From: Candidatus Hydrogenedentota bacterium
GTDB taxonomy: Bacteria; Hydrogenedentota; Hydrogenedentia; Hydrogenedentales; SLHB01
Length of the DNA stretch: 64,000 nucleotides
Direction of reading: 5' to 3'
NCBI GenBank assembly: GCA_045863295.1
Contig: BTWA01000001.1
Location: forward strand, 96,001 to 160,000
The number at the start of each line of letters is the position of its first letter. Position 1 is the stretch's first letter. This document shows positions 27,162 through 36,669 of the stretch, piece after piece. The notes under the pieces are model-generated. The model saw only the letters and a program-made list of their open reading frames with translations. It had not been told where the DNA came from and searched no databases. The position numbers were made by a program, and so were the translations under genes.

Positions 27162-29456
27162 ATGAGTGCAATTGCCGTTAAATCGACGAAGTGGACGTTG
27201 GACATTATGTCCAAGCTCAGCAAGGCGAATGTTCGAGTTCGGAACACTGAGCACATCACGGACGACATGGCCATTGTCTTTGTCGTGAACCATTTCACGC
27301 GGCTCGAGACTATCCTCCTCCCCTACTACCTCAACAAACACACCGGCCGAGAAGTTTGGTCGCTTGCCGCCGCCGAACTGTTTCGTGGCCGCATCGGACA
27401 ATATCTGCTCACCATGGGCAACGTGTCCACCAAGGATCCCGACCGGGACAGAATCATGGTTCGCACACTGATCCTCGGCGAACACCCCTGGATCATTTTT
27501 CCCGAAGGCGCCATGATGAAGAACAAGAAGGTCGTGGACCGTCGGGGCATGTTTCAGATTTGCCTGCAAGGCAAGTGCCGGTTACCCCACACCGGCGCGG
27601 CAGTGATTGCGCTTCGCGCCGAGTTTTACAGGCGCAAATTGCAGCACCTGAAAGACGATCCGGCTTATGAGTCCGTTTTGAAGGAAGTCTCAGAGCAGTT
27701 CGACCTGCAGGATCTCGGCAGCGCGCTGACAAAGCGCACTGTAATCGTGCCAGTGAACGTAACCTATTTCCCTATCCGCGCCGAAGACAATGTTGTGTTG
27801 CGCGTTGCGCGCGGCGTAGCCAAGGATTTGAGCAAGCGGGCACTCGAAGAGCTTTCCGTAGAAGGTACGGTGTTATCGCAGAACACCGACATCGATATAA
27901 CCTTGGGGCCTCCCATCGACATCGGAGAATACCTGGATGCGGCCGAATTCCAGGATCTCTTGACGGAATCCGGGGACCCTGTCGGACTTCAGGAAGAAGA
28001 TGTCCGATCAAAGTTCAGCGAAGCAGGCCGCAGGCTCATGGTCCGCTACATGACGGACATCTATAACATGACGACGGTCAACTATGATCACGTCATCGGG
28101 ACCGTGGTGCGCAATCAGCGGGCGCGCCGATCCTCGGAAAGAACCTACGGCCATCGGATCTATTTGGCTACAGAGCGGCTGCGAAAGGTCAGTGGTTTAC
28201 GGCTGCATCCCGGACTCGAGAAGACGTACCGCGACCTCGCCTACGACGAGCCCTGTCCTTACTTTCAAGACTTTATGGAGGTCTGCATCAAGGATGGGGT
28301 GTTGGAGGAATCCGGCGACGGATACATCAAGCGAATCGGATTGCGGGAGAACGAGGCGGACTTTCACACCGTGCGTCAGGACGACCTGCCTTCGGTAATA
28401 GCGAACGAAATCGAGCCCATGCCGCTGGTCACATCCATCATTCAGAATGTGGCGTATATGCCGCACAAGGTGCTTGGGCGGCACATCCGGGATCAATTTC
28501 AACGCGAAGACGAGTGTAACTTCGAATTGGACTATGCCGAATACGCCATTCCCGGCGAAAGCAAACCTCCCGCCGTCGGAAGGCCGTTTCTTCTGCTTCC
28601 GGAACGGGTGAAAGGCGGTATGGTGCTCATTCACGGCTATATGGCAGCGCCGCTCGAAGTCCGAAACCTCGCCGAATATTTTTATCAGCGCGGTTACGCC
28701 GTCTACGGCGTGCGGCTGAAGGGGCACGGAACGTCGCCCGAAGATCTTGCGCAGACCCGTTGGGAGGAATGGTATGAATCGATGAACCGCGGTTATGCGA
28801 TCATCAAGACGTTGACGGATAATATCGTGATTGGCGGCTTTTCAACCGGAGGCGCCCTGGCGCTGCTGGCAGCGGGCCGCAAGCGGGACAAGGTGAAGGC
28901 GGTCTTCAGCATTTGCGCTCCGCAAACGCTACGGAATTACATGGCCCGTTTCGCTTCCTCTATCGTTTCCATGAACACGTTGATGTCCAAGATCACCGGA
29001 GGTGGAAAGAACTGGGAATACGTCGAAAACAATCCCGAGAATCCCCACATCAATTACACGCGGAATCCACTTCGTGGCGTGAAACAATTGGGCGAGTTGA
29101 TGAAGGCGACCGAGACCGCCTTGCCGGATATTTGCGTGCCGACCTTAATCGTTCAGAGCTACGGCGATCCCATTATCAATCCGGTTAGTGCGATGAACAT
29201 TTTTGAGGGCGTGGGAACGCATCTCAAAGAACTGACAGTTTTCGACCGGCCCAATCACGGAATCATCAACGGAGCGCACTCGGAAGAAGTGTTCGACCGG
29301 GTCGAAAGGTTCCTTACGTTCGCCAGGTCCAAATCCGATGCCGCACTGGCTTCCGAAGCAGCGCGAAAGCGCGTACCCGAAACACCCCGACCCCAACGCT
29401 TTGCAAAGCCGGCCCCTGAAACCGGCGACGCGGAACCGGTGGCCGCACCCGCCTGA
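27162..29456 (+). CDS. Glycerolipid acyltransferase-like domain fused to an alpha/beta-hydrolase (carboxylesterase)
   Basis: N-terminal NHFTRLE and IFPEG; C-terminal LIHGY, RLKGHG, GFSTGG, YGDP and NH (Ser-Asp-His triad). Confidence 0.85.
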   Translation: MSAIAVKSTKWTLDIMSKLSKANVRVRNTEHITDDMAIVFVVNHFTRLETILLPYYLNKHTGREVWSLAAAELFRGRIGQYLLTMGNVSTKDPDRDRIMVRTLILGEHPWIIFPEGAMMKNKKVVDRRGMFQICLQGKCRLPHTGAAVIALRAEFYRRKLQHLKDDPAYESVLKEVSEQFDLQDLGSALTKRTVIVPVNVTYFPIRAEDNVVLRVARGVAKDLSKRALEELSVEGTVLSQNTDIDITLGPPIDIGEYLDAAEFQDLLTESGDPVGLQEEDVRSKFSEAGRRLMVRYMTDIYNMTTVNYDHVIGTVVRNQRARRSSERTYGHRIYLATERLRKVSGLRLHPGLEKTYRDLAYDEPCPYFQDFMEVCIKDGVLEESGDGYIKRIGLRENEADFHTVRQDDLPSVIANEIEPMPLVTSIIQNVAYMPHKVLGRHIRDQFQREDECNFELDYAEYAIPGESKPPAVGRPFLLLPERVKGGMVLIHGYMAAPLEVRNLAEYFYQRGYAVYGVRLKGHGTSPEDLAQTRWEEWYESMNRGYAIIKTLTDNIVIGGFSTGGALALLAAGRKRDKVKAVFSICAPQTLRNYMARFASSIVSMNTLMSKITGGGKNWEYVENNPENPHINYTRNPLRGVKQLGELMKATETALPDICVPTLIVQSYGDPIINPVSAMNIFEGVGTHLKELTVFDRPNHGIINGAHSEEVFDRVERFLTFARSKSDAALASEAARKRVPETPRPQRFAKPAPETGDAEPVAAPA

Positions 29457-29727
29457 GCCGGCATTCCTTTGATCCGATGATCCGCGTGCCGATCGAAATT
29501 GAACAGCAACTCCTGTCTTTTCCAACCCATGATGCACCACCTCCAGAGCCTTACGTAGAGCGGGTGAAATCAGCAGAAGCGTTACACATGCGCAACAAAA
29601 CCGAGCACATGTGTTCGATTCGACGCCTATACTCCAGTCGGATAGACATACAGGCGTCGATTGGGCATATGCCCTAAGATTCTTTTGGACAAACACTTAT
29701 ACATAGCTGTTCCGCCGGATGCGCCGC

Positions 29728-29742
29728 TGGCACGCAGTTTGC
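29728..29742 (+). promoter_or_regulatory. sigma54 (-24/-12) promoter of the respiratory operon
   Basis: TGGCACGCAGTTTGC is an exact match to TGGCACG-N4-TTGC, 47 nt before ATG 29790. Confidence 0.85.
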
Positions 29743-29789
29743 CTATCAGAACCCAACCCTTGTAGCCATGGTGTCTCCGGAGGTGCTGA

Positions 29790-30893
29790 ATGGACGTTTT
29801 TCCCGCTCTCGATCCGATACCCCTTCCCGCACCGGTGTGGGTCTTCAAGGGGTTGCACACGGCGACCCTTGCACTTCATTTTCTTGCAGTTCACTTTCTT
29901 GTGGGGGGGCTCATGTTGGCCACATGGTGGTCACTACGGGGACGACTGCAACGCGATCCCATGATGCTGACGGCGTCCGGGTTGGTCGTACACCGCCTTC
30001 CTCTGGTCATGACCTTTGTCATCAACCTGGGTGTACCGCCGCTCCTCTTTACACAAGTTCTTTACGGCCGAGCTTTTTACACGGGCAGCGTGCTCATCGG
30101 GTTTTGGTGGCTGAGTGTTGTGCCCTTCGCAATAATCGGTTACACAATGCTTTACATCATGGAAAAGATGGCCGCGGGGCGCCGCTTTACGGCGTGGGTT
30201 GGCCTTATAGCCATTGTCGTGGTCCTCAAAGTCGGCATGATTTTTAGCCGGACAATGACCCTCATGCTCCAACCCGAAGGCTGGAACGACATGTATCGAT
30301 CCAGCGCCTTGGGCATGCACTTTGGCGCAACCAGCGACATGTGGGCGCGATGGAGCTTCATGACACTGGCCGCGGTAGGCGTCACTGGCATTGCTTTGAT
30401 GCTAATGGCGTTGAAGAGTGGTATTACACCGGACGTGGCTACGTTCCTGCGCAAGCGAGGGGGTTGGGTGCTGGCCGTGTTCTCCGGTGTGCAACTCATA
30501 CTGGCCGTTTGGGTTCTGCAGACCCAACCTGCGCCCGTGCGAGAAGCACTGATGGCGAGCACAGGCTACAAGATTATTGCGGGACTCTGGGCGCTTAGCG
30601 CCGTAGGCCTGATCGCGATGGGTCTATGGAGTGTCCGATCGGCGTCACCATGGCTCGCATGGGGAGCATTGGCCAAGGGCTTTGTAAACACCGTGTTGCT
30701 CGTTCTCTTTCGCGACGGTATCCGCGATGTAACCCTGACTCAAGCAGGCTTCAACGTGTGGGATCAGCCGGTTGTTACAAATTGGTCCACGGTGGGTCTG
30801 TTTCTCATTCTGTTCGTGGCCGCTGTCGCAATTGTGTTGTGGATGAGTTGGGTGATGCTTCGGGCCAAACCGGCGGAGGAACGCTACGCATGA
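29790..30893 (+). CDS. Polytopic membrane protein, divergent cytochrome bd subunit I (CydA)-like
   Basis: About 9-10 TM helices; LHFLAVHFLVGG parallels IHVLISHFAIGG of 32556..34043; GGAGG RBS. Confidence 0.6.
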   Translation: MDVFPALDPIPLPAPVWVFKGLHTATLALHFLAVHFLVGGLMLATWWSLRGRLQRDPMMLTASGLVVHRLPLVMTFVINLGVPPLLFTQVLYGRAFYTGSVLIGFWWLSVVPFAIIGYTMLYIMEKMAAGRRFTAWVGLIAIVVVLKVGMIFSRTMTLMLQPEGWNDMYRSSALGMHFGATSDMWARWSFMTLAAVGVTGIALMLMALKSGITPDVATFLRKRGGWVLAVFSGVQLILAVWVLQTQPAPVREALMASTGYKIIAGLWALSAVGLIAMGLWSVRSASPWLAWGALAKGFVNTVLLVLFRDGIRDVTLTQAGFNVWDQPVVTNWSTVGLFLILFVAAVAIVLWMSWVMLRAKPAEERYA

Positions 30894-30906
30894 AGGAAGA
30901 CTTCCG

Positions 30907-31380
30907 ATGAGCAAACCAGCCAAGACGCCGCCGCACGGTGAGCCGGTTGGCCGCCGCCGGTTCGTGCAAGTCAGCGTTGGAGCTGTTGGCGCCTGCTACG
31001 CGGCGGTCATTGGATACCCGGTGTACCGCTACCTGGCCACGCCGGCGGTGCGTGCCGAAGCATTGGGGGCGATCACCGAAGTCGCCATTCCTGAGAGCGA
31101 CCTGCCCAAGGCGGGCAGCGTGCTCCGGTTCATGTTTGGTTCCCGGCCAGCCATGTTGATCCACCACACCACCGGCGAGATGGTGTGCTTCGACGCGCAA
31201 TGCACGCATCTCGGTTGCACTGTGCAATTCCAAGCAGAGCAAAATCGCATCTACTGTGCTTGCCACGGCGGCGTGTACGACATGCACACCGGCAAGAATG
31301 TGGCTGGGCCGCCCCCAAAGCCATTGAAACAATACAACGTGGAGGTCGCCGATGGGCAAGTCGTCATCTCTCGCGCATAA
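30907..31380 (+). CDS. Rieske iron-sulfur subunit of a quinol:cytochrome c oxidoreductase
   Basis: Tat-like RRRFV plus TM helix; CTHLGC and CACHGG boxes; GPPPKPL. Confidence 0.95.
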   Translation: MSKPAKTPPHGEPVGRRRFVQVSVGAVGACYAAVIGYPVYRYLATPAVRAEALGAITEVAIPESDLPKAGSVLRFMFGSRPAMLIHHTTGEMVCFDAQCTHLGCTVQFQAEQNRIYCACHGGVYDMHTGKNVAGPPPKPLKQYNVEVADGQVVISRA

Positions 31381-32458
31381 GCCGAGCGGGTCTCCGCTTT
31401 ACGACTGGTTGAACGACCGCCTCGATTTGGATGCGGCGATGGAACTCGCCAAGGCAAAACAGGTGCCGCTGCACAAGCACACTTACTGGTACTATTGGGG
31501 CGGGATCTCTCTCTTCTTCTTCCTCGTTCAACTGGTAAGCGGCGTATTGCTTCTGGTGTACTACAGACCGGGACCCGAAGCCTACGATTCCGTGCGGCAA
31601 ATTACGTACGACATTGAATTCGGCTGGCTCGTCCGATCCGCGCACTCCTGGTCCGCCAATTTGATGGTCGTGGCCATTTTTGTGCACATGTTTTCGGTCT
31701 TCTTCATGAAGGCGTATCGAAAGCCACGGGAATTCGGCTGGTGGAGCGGACTCGCCCTCGCTGGACTGACGCTTGTTTTCGGATTCAGCGGCTATCTGTT
31801 GCCGATGGACGAACTGGCATACTTCGCCACCAAAGTTGGGCTTGAGATTCCACAGGCGATCCCGGGCGTGGGGCAAGCTATCGTTACGCTTGTGCAAGGT
31901 GGAGAGAATGTAACCGAGGTGACCATCCAGCGGTTCTTCGCGTTGCATGCCGTTGTGTTGCCGCTGCTCTTTATTCCGCTGTTGGCGTTTCACTTGTGGC
32001 TTGTGCAAAAGCACGGCAACGCCGTGCCGCCAAGCGAAGAGCAGATTCCTGAGTCCAAACGGCGCTCGATACCGTTCTTTCCCAACTTTCTAACCAAAGA
32101 TCTCGCCATGTGGCTGATCGCGCTGAACGTGATGGCCATTCTCGCGTCGATGTATCCGTGGCAACTCGGCATGCAGGCGGACCCTGCCGCGCCCGCTCCG
32201 GAAGGCATACACCCGGAATGGTATTTCATGAGTCAGTTCCAAGTGTTGAAAGTGCTGGGCCGGTGGTTTCCCGGACTCCTCGGCGAATACCTCGGTATTG
32301 CCTTGTTCACCGCCACCGGCTTGTTGTGGGCGTTGATTCCTTTGTACGACAAGAGCAGCGCGCGGGCGCGTCAGGCACGCAACGCGACATGGGCCGGCGT
32401 GGCCATGCTCCTGGGCCTCATCCTGTTCACATGCTGGGGCTATATTGAAGTCTTATGA
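31352..32458 (+). CDS. Cytochrome b subunit of a Rieske/cytochrome b complex (single chain)
   Basis: Four heme His (RSAHSW...FVHM; FALHA...AFHL), FSGYLLP, PFFP and PEWY. Alternative start at 31439. Confidence 0.95.
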   Translation: MGKSSSLAHKPSGSPLYDWLNDRLDLDAAMELAKAKQVPLHKHTYWYYWGGISLFFFLVQLVSGVLLLVYYRPGPEAYDSVRQITYDIEFGWLVRSAHSWSANLMVVAIFVHMFSVFFMKAYRKPREFGWWSGLALAGLTLVFGFSGYLLPMDELAYFATKVGLEIPQAIPGVGQAIVTLVQGGENVTEVTIQRFFALHAVVLPLLFIPLLAFHLWLVQKHGNAVPPSEEQIPESKRRSIPFFPNFLTKDLAMWLIALNVMAILASMYPWQLGMQADPAAPAPEGIHPEWYFMSQFQVLKVLGRWFPGLLGEYLGIALFTATGLLWALIPLYDKSSARARQARNATWAGVAMLLGLILFTCWGYIEVL

Positions 32459-32555
32459 TTCTGAACATCACCGCCACTATCGGGAACGAGTGCAGGGAGC
32501 CGGCCTTTGCCGCAACGAGGCGGCTCCCCACGCACTCCATTGAGGAGATCGCACC

Positions 32556-34043
32556 ATGAATTACCCCGTGTGGGACGTTCCCATTCTCGGAAGCGGCTGG
32601 GTGATAGGGATCATCGCCATCATCCACGTGCTCATCTCCCACTTTGCGATAGGCGGCGGATTCTATCTTCCCATGGCCGAGCGCAAGGCGCTTCGCGAAG
32701 GCCGCGACGATTGGATGGCGCAGGTCAAGAAGCACGCGAAATTCTTCCTGATTCTTACCGGAGTCTACGGCACGATGACCGGTGTCGGCATATGGTACGC
32801 GATTGGTCTTGCAAGCCCGGAAGCCACGAGCACGTTAATTCACAACTTTGTGTTTGGATGGGCCATCGAATGGACCTTCTTCTTCGTTGAAGTGGCGGCC
32901 GCCGCCGTCTATTACTACACGTGGGGAAGGGTTTCCGACAAGACACATCTCACCATCGGCTGGATCTATGCGGGATCCGCCTGGTTGAGCCTTGTCATCA
33001 TCAACGGCATTCTGACGTTCATGCTGACTCCGGGTGAAGGCTGGTTGTCTGTCGCGGGCACAGGCGCGGAGGCCAGCAAGTTCTGGCACGCCTTCTTCAA
33101 CCCTACCTATTGGCCAAGTCTTGTGTTGCGCACGCTCATCTGCATAACGCTCGCGGGTGTGTGGGCGCTGGTCACCGCCAGCCGCATCGACGGATATGAG
33201 AAGCCCCAACTAAAAGCCGAAATCATTCGCTGGTCGGCAAAATGGCTCATTCCCGGATATCTACTGCTTCCCTTTGCGTTCGCGTGGTATTTGTACATGG
33301 TTCCGGAAACGCAGCGTGCGTTATTGTCGTTGGGCATGGCGACCATCGGGCAGGGCGTGTTCACGCAGGTGACGCGCGCTGCCCTGGTCGCTGTGATGTC
33401 ATCCGCGACGATTCTGGCGATCGTGTATTTCCTGGCCTACCGTAATCCCCGCGACTTCTATCTTGGCCATGCGCTTTCCGTGTTGTTTCTAGCGCTCGCG
33501 GCCACGGCGTCGACCGAGCAGGCCCGCGAAATGCTGCGCAAACCCTATGTGATTGGCCGGCACATGTACTCAAACGGGATTCGAGTGAACGATGTGAAGC
33601 GGTTTAACGAAGAAGGCTATCTGACCCGCACCGTATGGGCGTCGGAAGTGGATCGCGAAGCGTGGGCTCGAATCGATGCGAGCGCTGTGGAAGGGAGAGT
33701 GGCTTTTGCATCGCTCGCGGCAACAGATCGCACAGCCCACCTCAACCGAGGCCTCTTGATGTTGCGCGGCCAATGCTATTCCTGTCACACGGTCGATGGC
33801 TACCGTTCACTGCGAAAACTGCTTTCCGGACGCGATCGTGACGCGATCGGAAATATCCTCGGCATGCTGCATAATTATGCGGACGACTCTCCCTACAAGA
33901 AATACATGCCGCCACTGGTGGGCACGGAAAAGGAGATACAAGCGCTCGGCGACTACCTGAACACGTTGGTCAATGGCGACAATGCAAACAAAGAGCCGTT
34001 ACCGGCTCTGGCCCAACTGCCGGCTGTTCCCACGCAGCCGTAA
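32556..34043 (+). CDS. Cytochrome bd subunit I (CydA)-like protein with a C-terminal cytochrome c domain
   Basis: WAIEWTFFFVE, WLSLVIINGILTFMLTP, FFNP and EQAREMLRKPYVI (GRQPW-equivalent); CYSCH heme c motif and distal MPP; GAGGAG RBS. Confidence 0.82.
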   Translation: MNYPVWDVPILGSGWVIGIIAIIHVLISHFAIGGGFYLPMAERKALREGRDDWMAQVKKHAKFFLILTGVYGTMTGVGIWYAIGLASPEATSTLIHNFVFGWAIEWTFFFVEVAAAAVYYYTWGRVSDKTHLTIGWIYAGSAWLSLVIINGILTFMLTPGEGWLSVAGTGAEASKFWHAFFNPTYWPSLVLRTLICITLAGVWALVTASRIDGYEKPQLKAEIIRWSAKWLIPGYLLLPFAFAWYLYMVPETQRALLSLGMATIGQGVFTQVTRAALVAVMSSATILAIVYFLAYRNPRDFYLGHALSVLFLALAATASTEQAREMLRKPYVIGRHMYSNGIRVNDVKRFNEEGYLTRTVWASEVDREAWARIDASAVEGRVAFASLAATDRTAHLNRGLLMLRGQCYSCHTVDGYRSLRKLLSGRDRDAIGNILGMLHNYADDSPYKKYMPPLVGTEKEIQALGDYLNTLVNGDNANKEPLPALAQLPAVPTQP

Positions 34044-34076
34044 GAGGCCAAGTGCCTTCATTGGGAGGTCACAATC

Positions 34077-34415
34077 GTGGACCCCGCAGAAGCGTTGTTC
34101 CCTGATTTGGTGATTGGGCTGGTTATCATTGCTGTCAGCTTGCCGCTCATTCTTAACAAGATTCCACCCAATCACTTCTACGGGGTGCGAATTCCGAAGG
34201 CGTTTGAATCGGAACGGAATTGGTATGACATCAACGCATACGGCGGCCGAGCGCTGTGTAGTTGGGGTGCAGTCATTCTTCTGGCCGCATTCGCGAAAAA
34301 CCGGCTCGCCGCGGCGGGTGTACTCGACGGGAATTTGATCACTTTGGCGCTGCCTGTTTTTGCGTGCGTGGCCGCAGCGATCATTCAAATCCTATGGTAC
34401 GCGCGCAAGCTTTAA
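34077..34415 (+). CDS. SdpI/YhfL family membrane protein
   Basis: KIPPNHFYGVR...SERNWYDINAYGG; three TM helices; GGAGG RBS before GTG. Confidence 0.85.
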   Translation: MDPAEALFPDLVIGLVIIAVSLPLILNKIPPNHFYGVRIPKAFESERNWYDINAYGGRALCSWGAVILLAAFAKNRLAAAGVLDGNLITLALPVFACVAAAIIQILWYARKL

Positions 34416-34422
34416 CCTGCTT

Positions 34423-35382
34423 CTATAACTTGGATCGCGCCGACACCCATCCGCTATCGATATCCGCCTGTAGACCTGCGCCGCGATACGTATCCTCCGA
34501 AGCAAGATTGCCTTTGAGGTAAACGTCGAACCACGCGACCATATAGCGTTGCGCCAAGGCGCGCACTTCGTTCTGATCGCGAGTACCGCCGCCACAGAAG
34601 ATCTGGCCCAGGCTGTTGGGTCCCGGGCTTGACTCTAGGAAGTCGATGTGGGCCGAGCCCAATACGGTGACCTCAATGACCGGGGCTACTGCATAGTCGA
34701 ACAATCGTATGGGGTATGGGCTGTATTCGCGACCGGCGCAATATCCAATTTCCGACATGAGCCACATGACCGGCACGGCCGTATGGGCAAATCCCGTGCC
34801 CAGTTCATAGCCCGGCTGCTCGTAGCCGTTGTCGAGACTCACGACCGCGTCAAATCGTGGATTGCGGAATGCGGATGCCAACGCCAGTTGCCCGCCTTGC
34901 GAATGTCCGGTGACGCCAATGTGATCCATGTCGAGCAAGCCAAAAAGCGGCGACTCAGGATTGACGTTTTCGGCGTCTGCCCAGTCCAACAAGGCATCGC
35001 CTTGCTCGAGTTGCGCGTCCCGAGTCGAAAAACCAATTCCGAACAGGGCAGGCTCCGGGAATGCGCGGATGATACATACATAGCCCCATTGCGCGAGTGT
35101 TTGGGCATACCGGTAGTAAGCGCCGCGAGGCTGATTCCAACCGCTGTGCAATACCACCAGGGGAAACGGTCCCTGATCCTTTTCCGCGGGATAGGCGATG
35201 GTCAACGGGAGATTATGAGAAAGAAATGTAGTCTCATACTGGACCACGGTAAGTGGCCCGGGATAGCCAACCACAGCGGGTTCCACTGTGGGACAGCCCT
35301 GGCCCGGCAAAAGGGTTGCCATCAGGGCCAGCCAAGCGAACCCCGCGATTTCCCTGGATCGGCTCCGATTCCATTTCATCAT
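34423..35382 (-). CDS. Secreted or lipoprotein alpha/beta hydrolase (chlorophyllase/cutinase-like)
   Basis: Signal ending GQGC; PLVVLHSG, LAQWGY, GHSQGG and SAHIDF. Confidence 0.82.
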   Translation of the reverse strand: MMKWNRSRSREIAGFAWLALMATLLPGQGCPTVEPAVVGYPGPLTVVQYETTFLSHNLPLTIAYPAEKDQGPFPLVVLHSGWNQPRGAYYRYAQTLAQWGYVCIIRAFPEPALFGIGFSTRDAQLEQGDALLDWADAENVNPESPLFGLLDMDHIGVTGHSQGGQLALASAFRNPRFDAVVSLDNGYEQPGYELGTGFAHTAVPVMWLMSEIGYCAGREYSPYPIRLFDYAVAPVIEVTVLGSAHIDFLESSPGPNSLGQIFCGGGTRDQNEVRALAQRYMVAWFDVYLKGNLASEDTYRGAGLQADIDSGWVSARSKL

Positions 35383-35664
35383 CAATTCCCGCTTTCCTTC
35401 TGGAGGGATTGCCCGCACCAACGCGAGTCCCAGCCGCCCCCCAGCTTTCAAGAATACATTTACGCTTCCCAAATATCACGGAAGTTGTTGATCTGTCACG
35501 TGGTTACGTTGCCCGGGTGGTGTGCTCGCCCACAACCCAATAGTGCGCTTTGTAGGAACCGGTTTTCAAGAAGAGCAGGACCGGTCAAATTCGCGTAACC
35601 AACGTGGTTGGCATAACTTCCGGCAAGTGCTACAATTCGGATTGCGACGATGGGAGAACCAGCG

Positions 35665-35859
35665 ATGCCAACTTTCGAATACCATGCGATTCGTGCCGAG
35701 GGTGACGAAGAAAAGTCGTTTGTGGGGGGTGTGGTGGTGGCCCGGTCGCGCCACGAGGCCAAAGAAAAATTGCGCGAGCGGGGTCTGAAGGCGACCATGC
35801 TCAAGAAGGCCCGTGGCATGATGAGCATCGTGAAATGGATCGACGCGGATATCCGCTGA
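35665..35859 (+). CDS. 64-aa protein resembling the N-terminal domain of PilC/GspF
   Basis: MPTFEYHAI...GVVVARSRHEAKEKLRERGL; GGAG RBS. Confidence 0.65.
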   Translation: MPTFEYHAIRAEGDEEKSFVGGVVVARSRHEAKEKLRERGLKATMLKKARGMMSIVKWIDADIR

Positions 35860-35944
35860 TTGCGGCATCTGATTCCGCTGTTCCAGGGGGCCACAGGGGC
35901 GGCACCGCATCCAGCGGCCGGCACACTCAGGAGATTTGTAAAAC

Positions 35945-36649
35945 GTGGAATGTGCAGTCTGCGAGGTCCGCAGTTCTGTCGGATACTGCATCGAATGTCA
36001 AAAACTCCTTTGCGAAACGTGCAGCACTCCGTGTGAACAATGCGGCAAATTGTGCTGCGAAGATCATGCCTACGAGACGCGCAGCGGCCGGATCCTCTGC
36101 GTAAACTGTTACGGCGAGCGCGAAGAGAAGCGTGCCCGGGTTAAGGCTGCCAAGACAGGCAAGGGCGACGATGAAACCAGCTTCGGTGCGCTGGAGGGCG
36201 TGGATGCACCGCCGGAGGCCGAAGGCGAAGGCGCCGCCCTGGTGGCCAGCGCTGCGCGCACGGTTGAGCCTTGGAAGGTCAGTCTCATTACCGCCAGTGT
36301 TGGATTGCTGGTGATGTTGGTTGTCGCTTTTGTTCCGGCCTTGCGATCCATCCCTTTATTGCTTGTAGTGGTACCCACTCCTTTGGTGCTTCTCATTATT
36401 CCTCTTATTGCGCTTTTCTGGGGCGTCTATGGTTACTTCCGGGAAGAGTTCTACGAAAACCGGCCCAAGTGTTTGGCCGGCGTCGGAATAGCGGGTTTAA
36501 CCATTCTGATCGCCGTTGCATCCATTTCGAATGCCCCCGTGGATGAAGAACGCAAACAGATCGAAACCGTCGCGGAACAACGCGAAGAGATGACGAAGGA
36601 CGACGTTAAGGGCTATCGAGAGCAAGTTCTACAACGCTTTCAACAATAA
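35945..36649 (+). CDS. B-box-like multi-zinc-finger protein with three TM helices
   Basis: CAVC, CIEC, CETC, CEQC, CCEDH and CVNC, followed by hydrophobic helices; AGGAG RBS before GTG. Confidence 0.8.
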   Translation: MECAVCEVRSSVGYCIECQKLLCETCSTPCEQCGKLCCEDHAYETRSGRILCVNCYGEREEKRARVKAAKTGKGDDETSFGALEGVDAPPEAEGEGAALVASAARTVEPWKVSLITASVGLLVMLVVAFVPALRSIPLLLVVVPTPLVLLIIPLIALFWGVYGYFREEFYENRPKCLAGVGIAGLTILIAVASISNAPVDEERKQIETVAEQREEMTKDDVKGYREQVLQRFQQ

Positions 36650-36669
36650 GCCGCCGTGAGGAGTCGCAT

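Noticed and set aside
29602..29617. LexA (GAAC-N4-GTTC) box
   Set aside because: Wrong spacer and a mismatch; better explained as an enhancer-binding-protein site.
29477..29677. 66-aa ORF upstream of the respiratory operon
   Set aside because: No RBS or recognisable motif, and it overlaps the presumed enhancer region.
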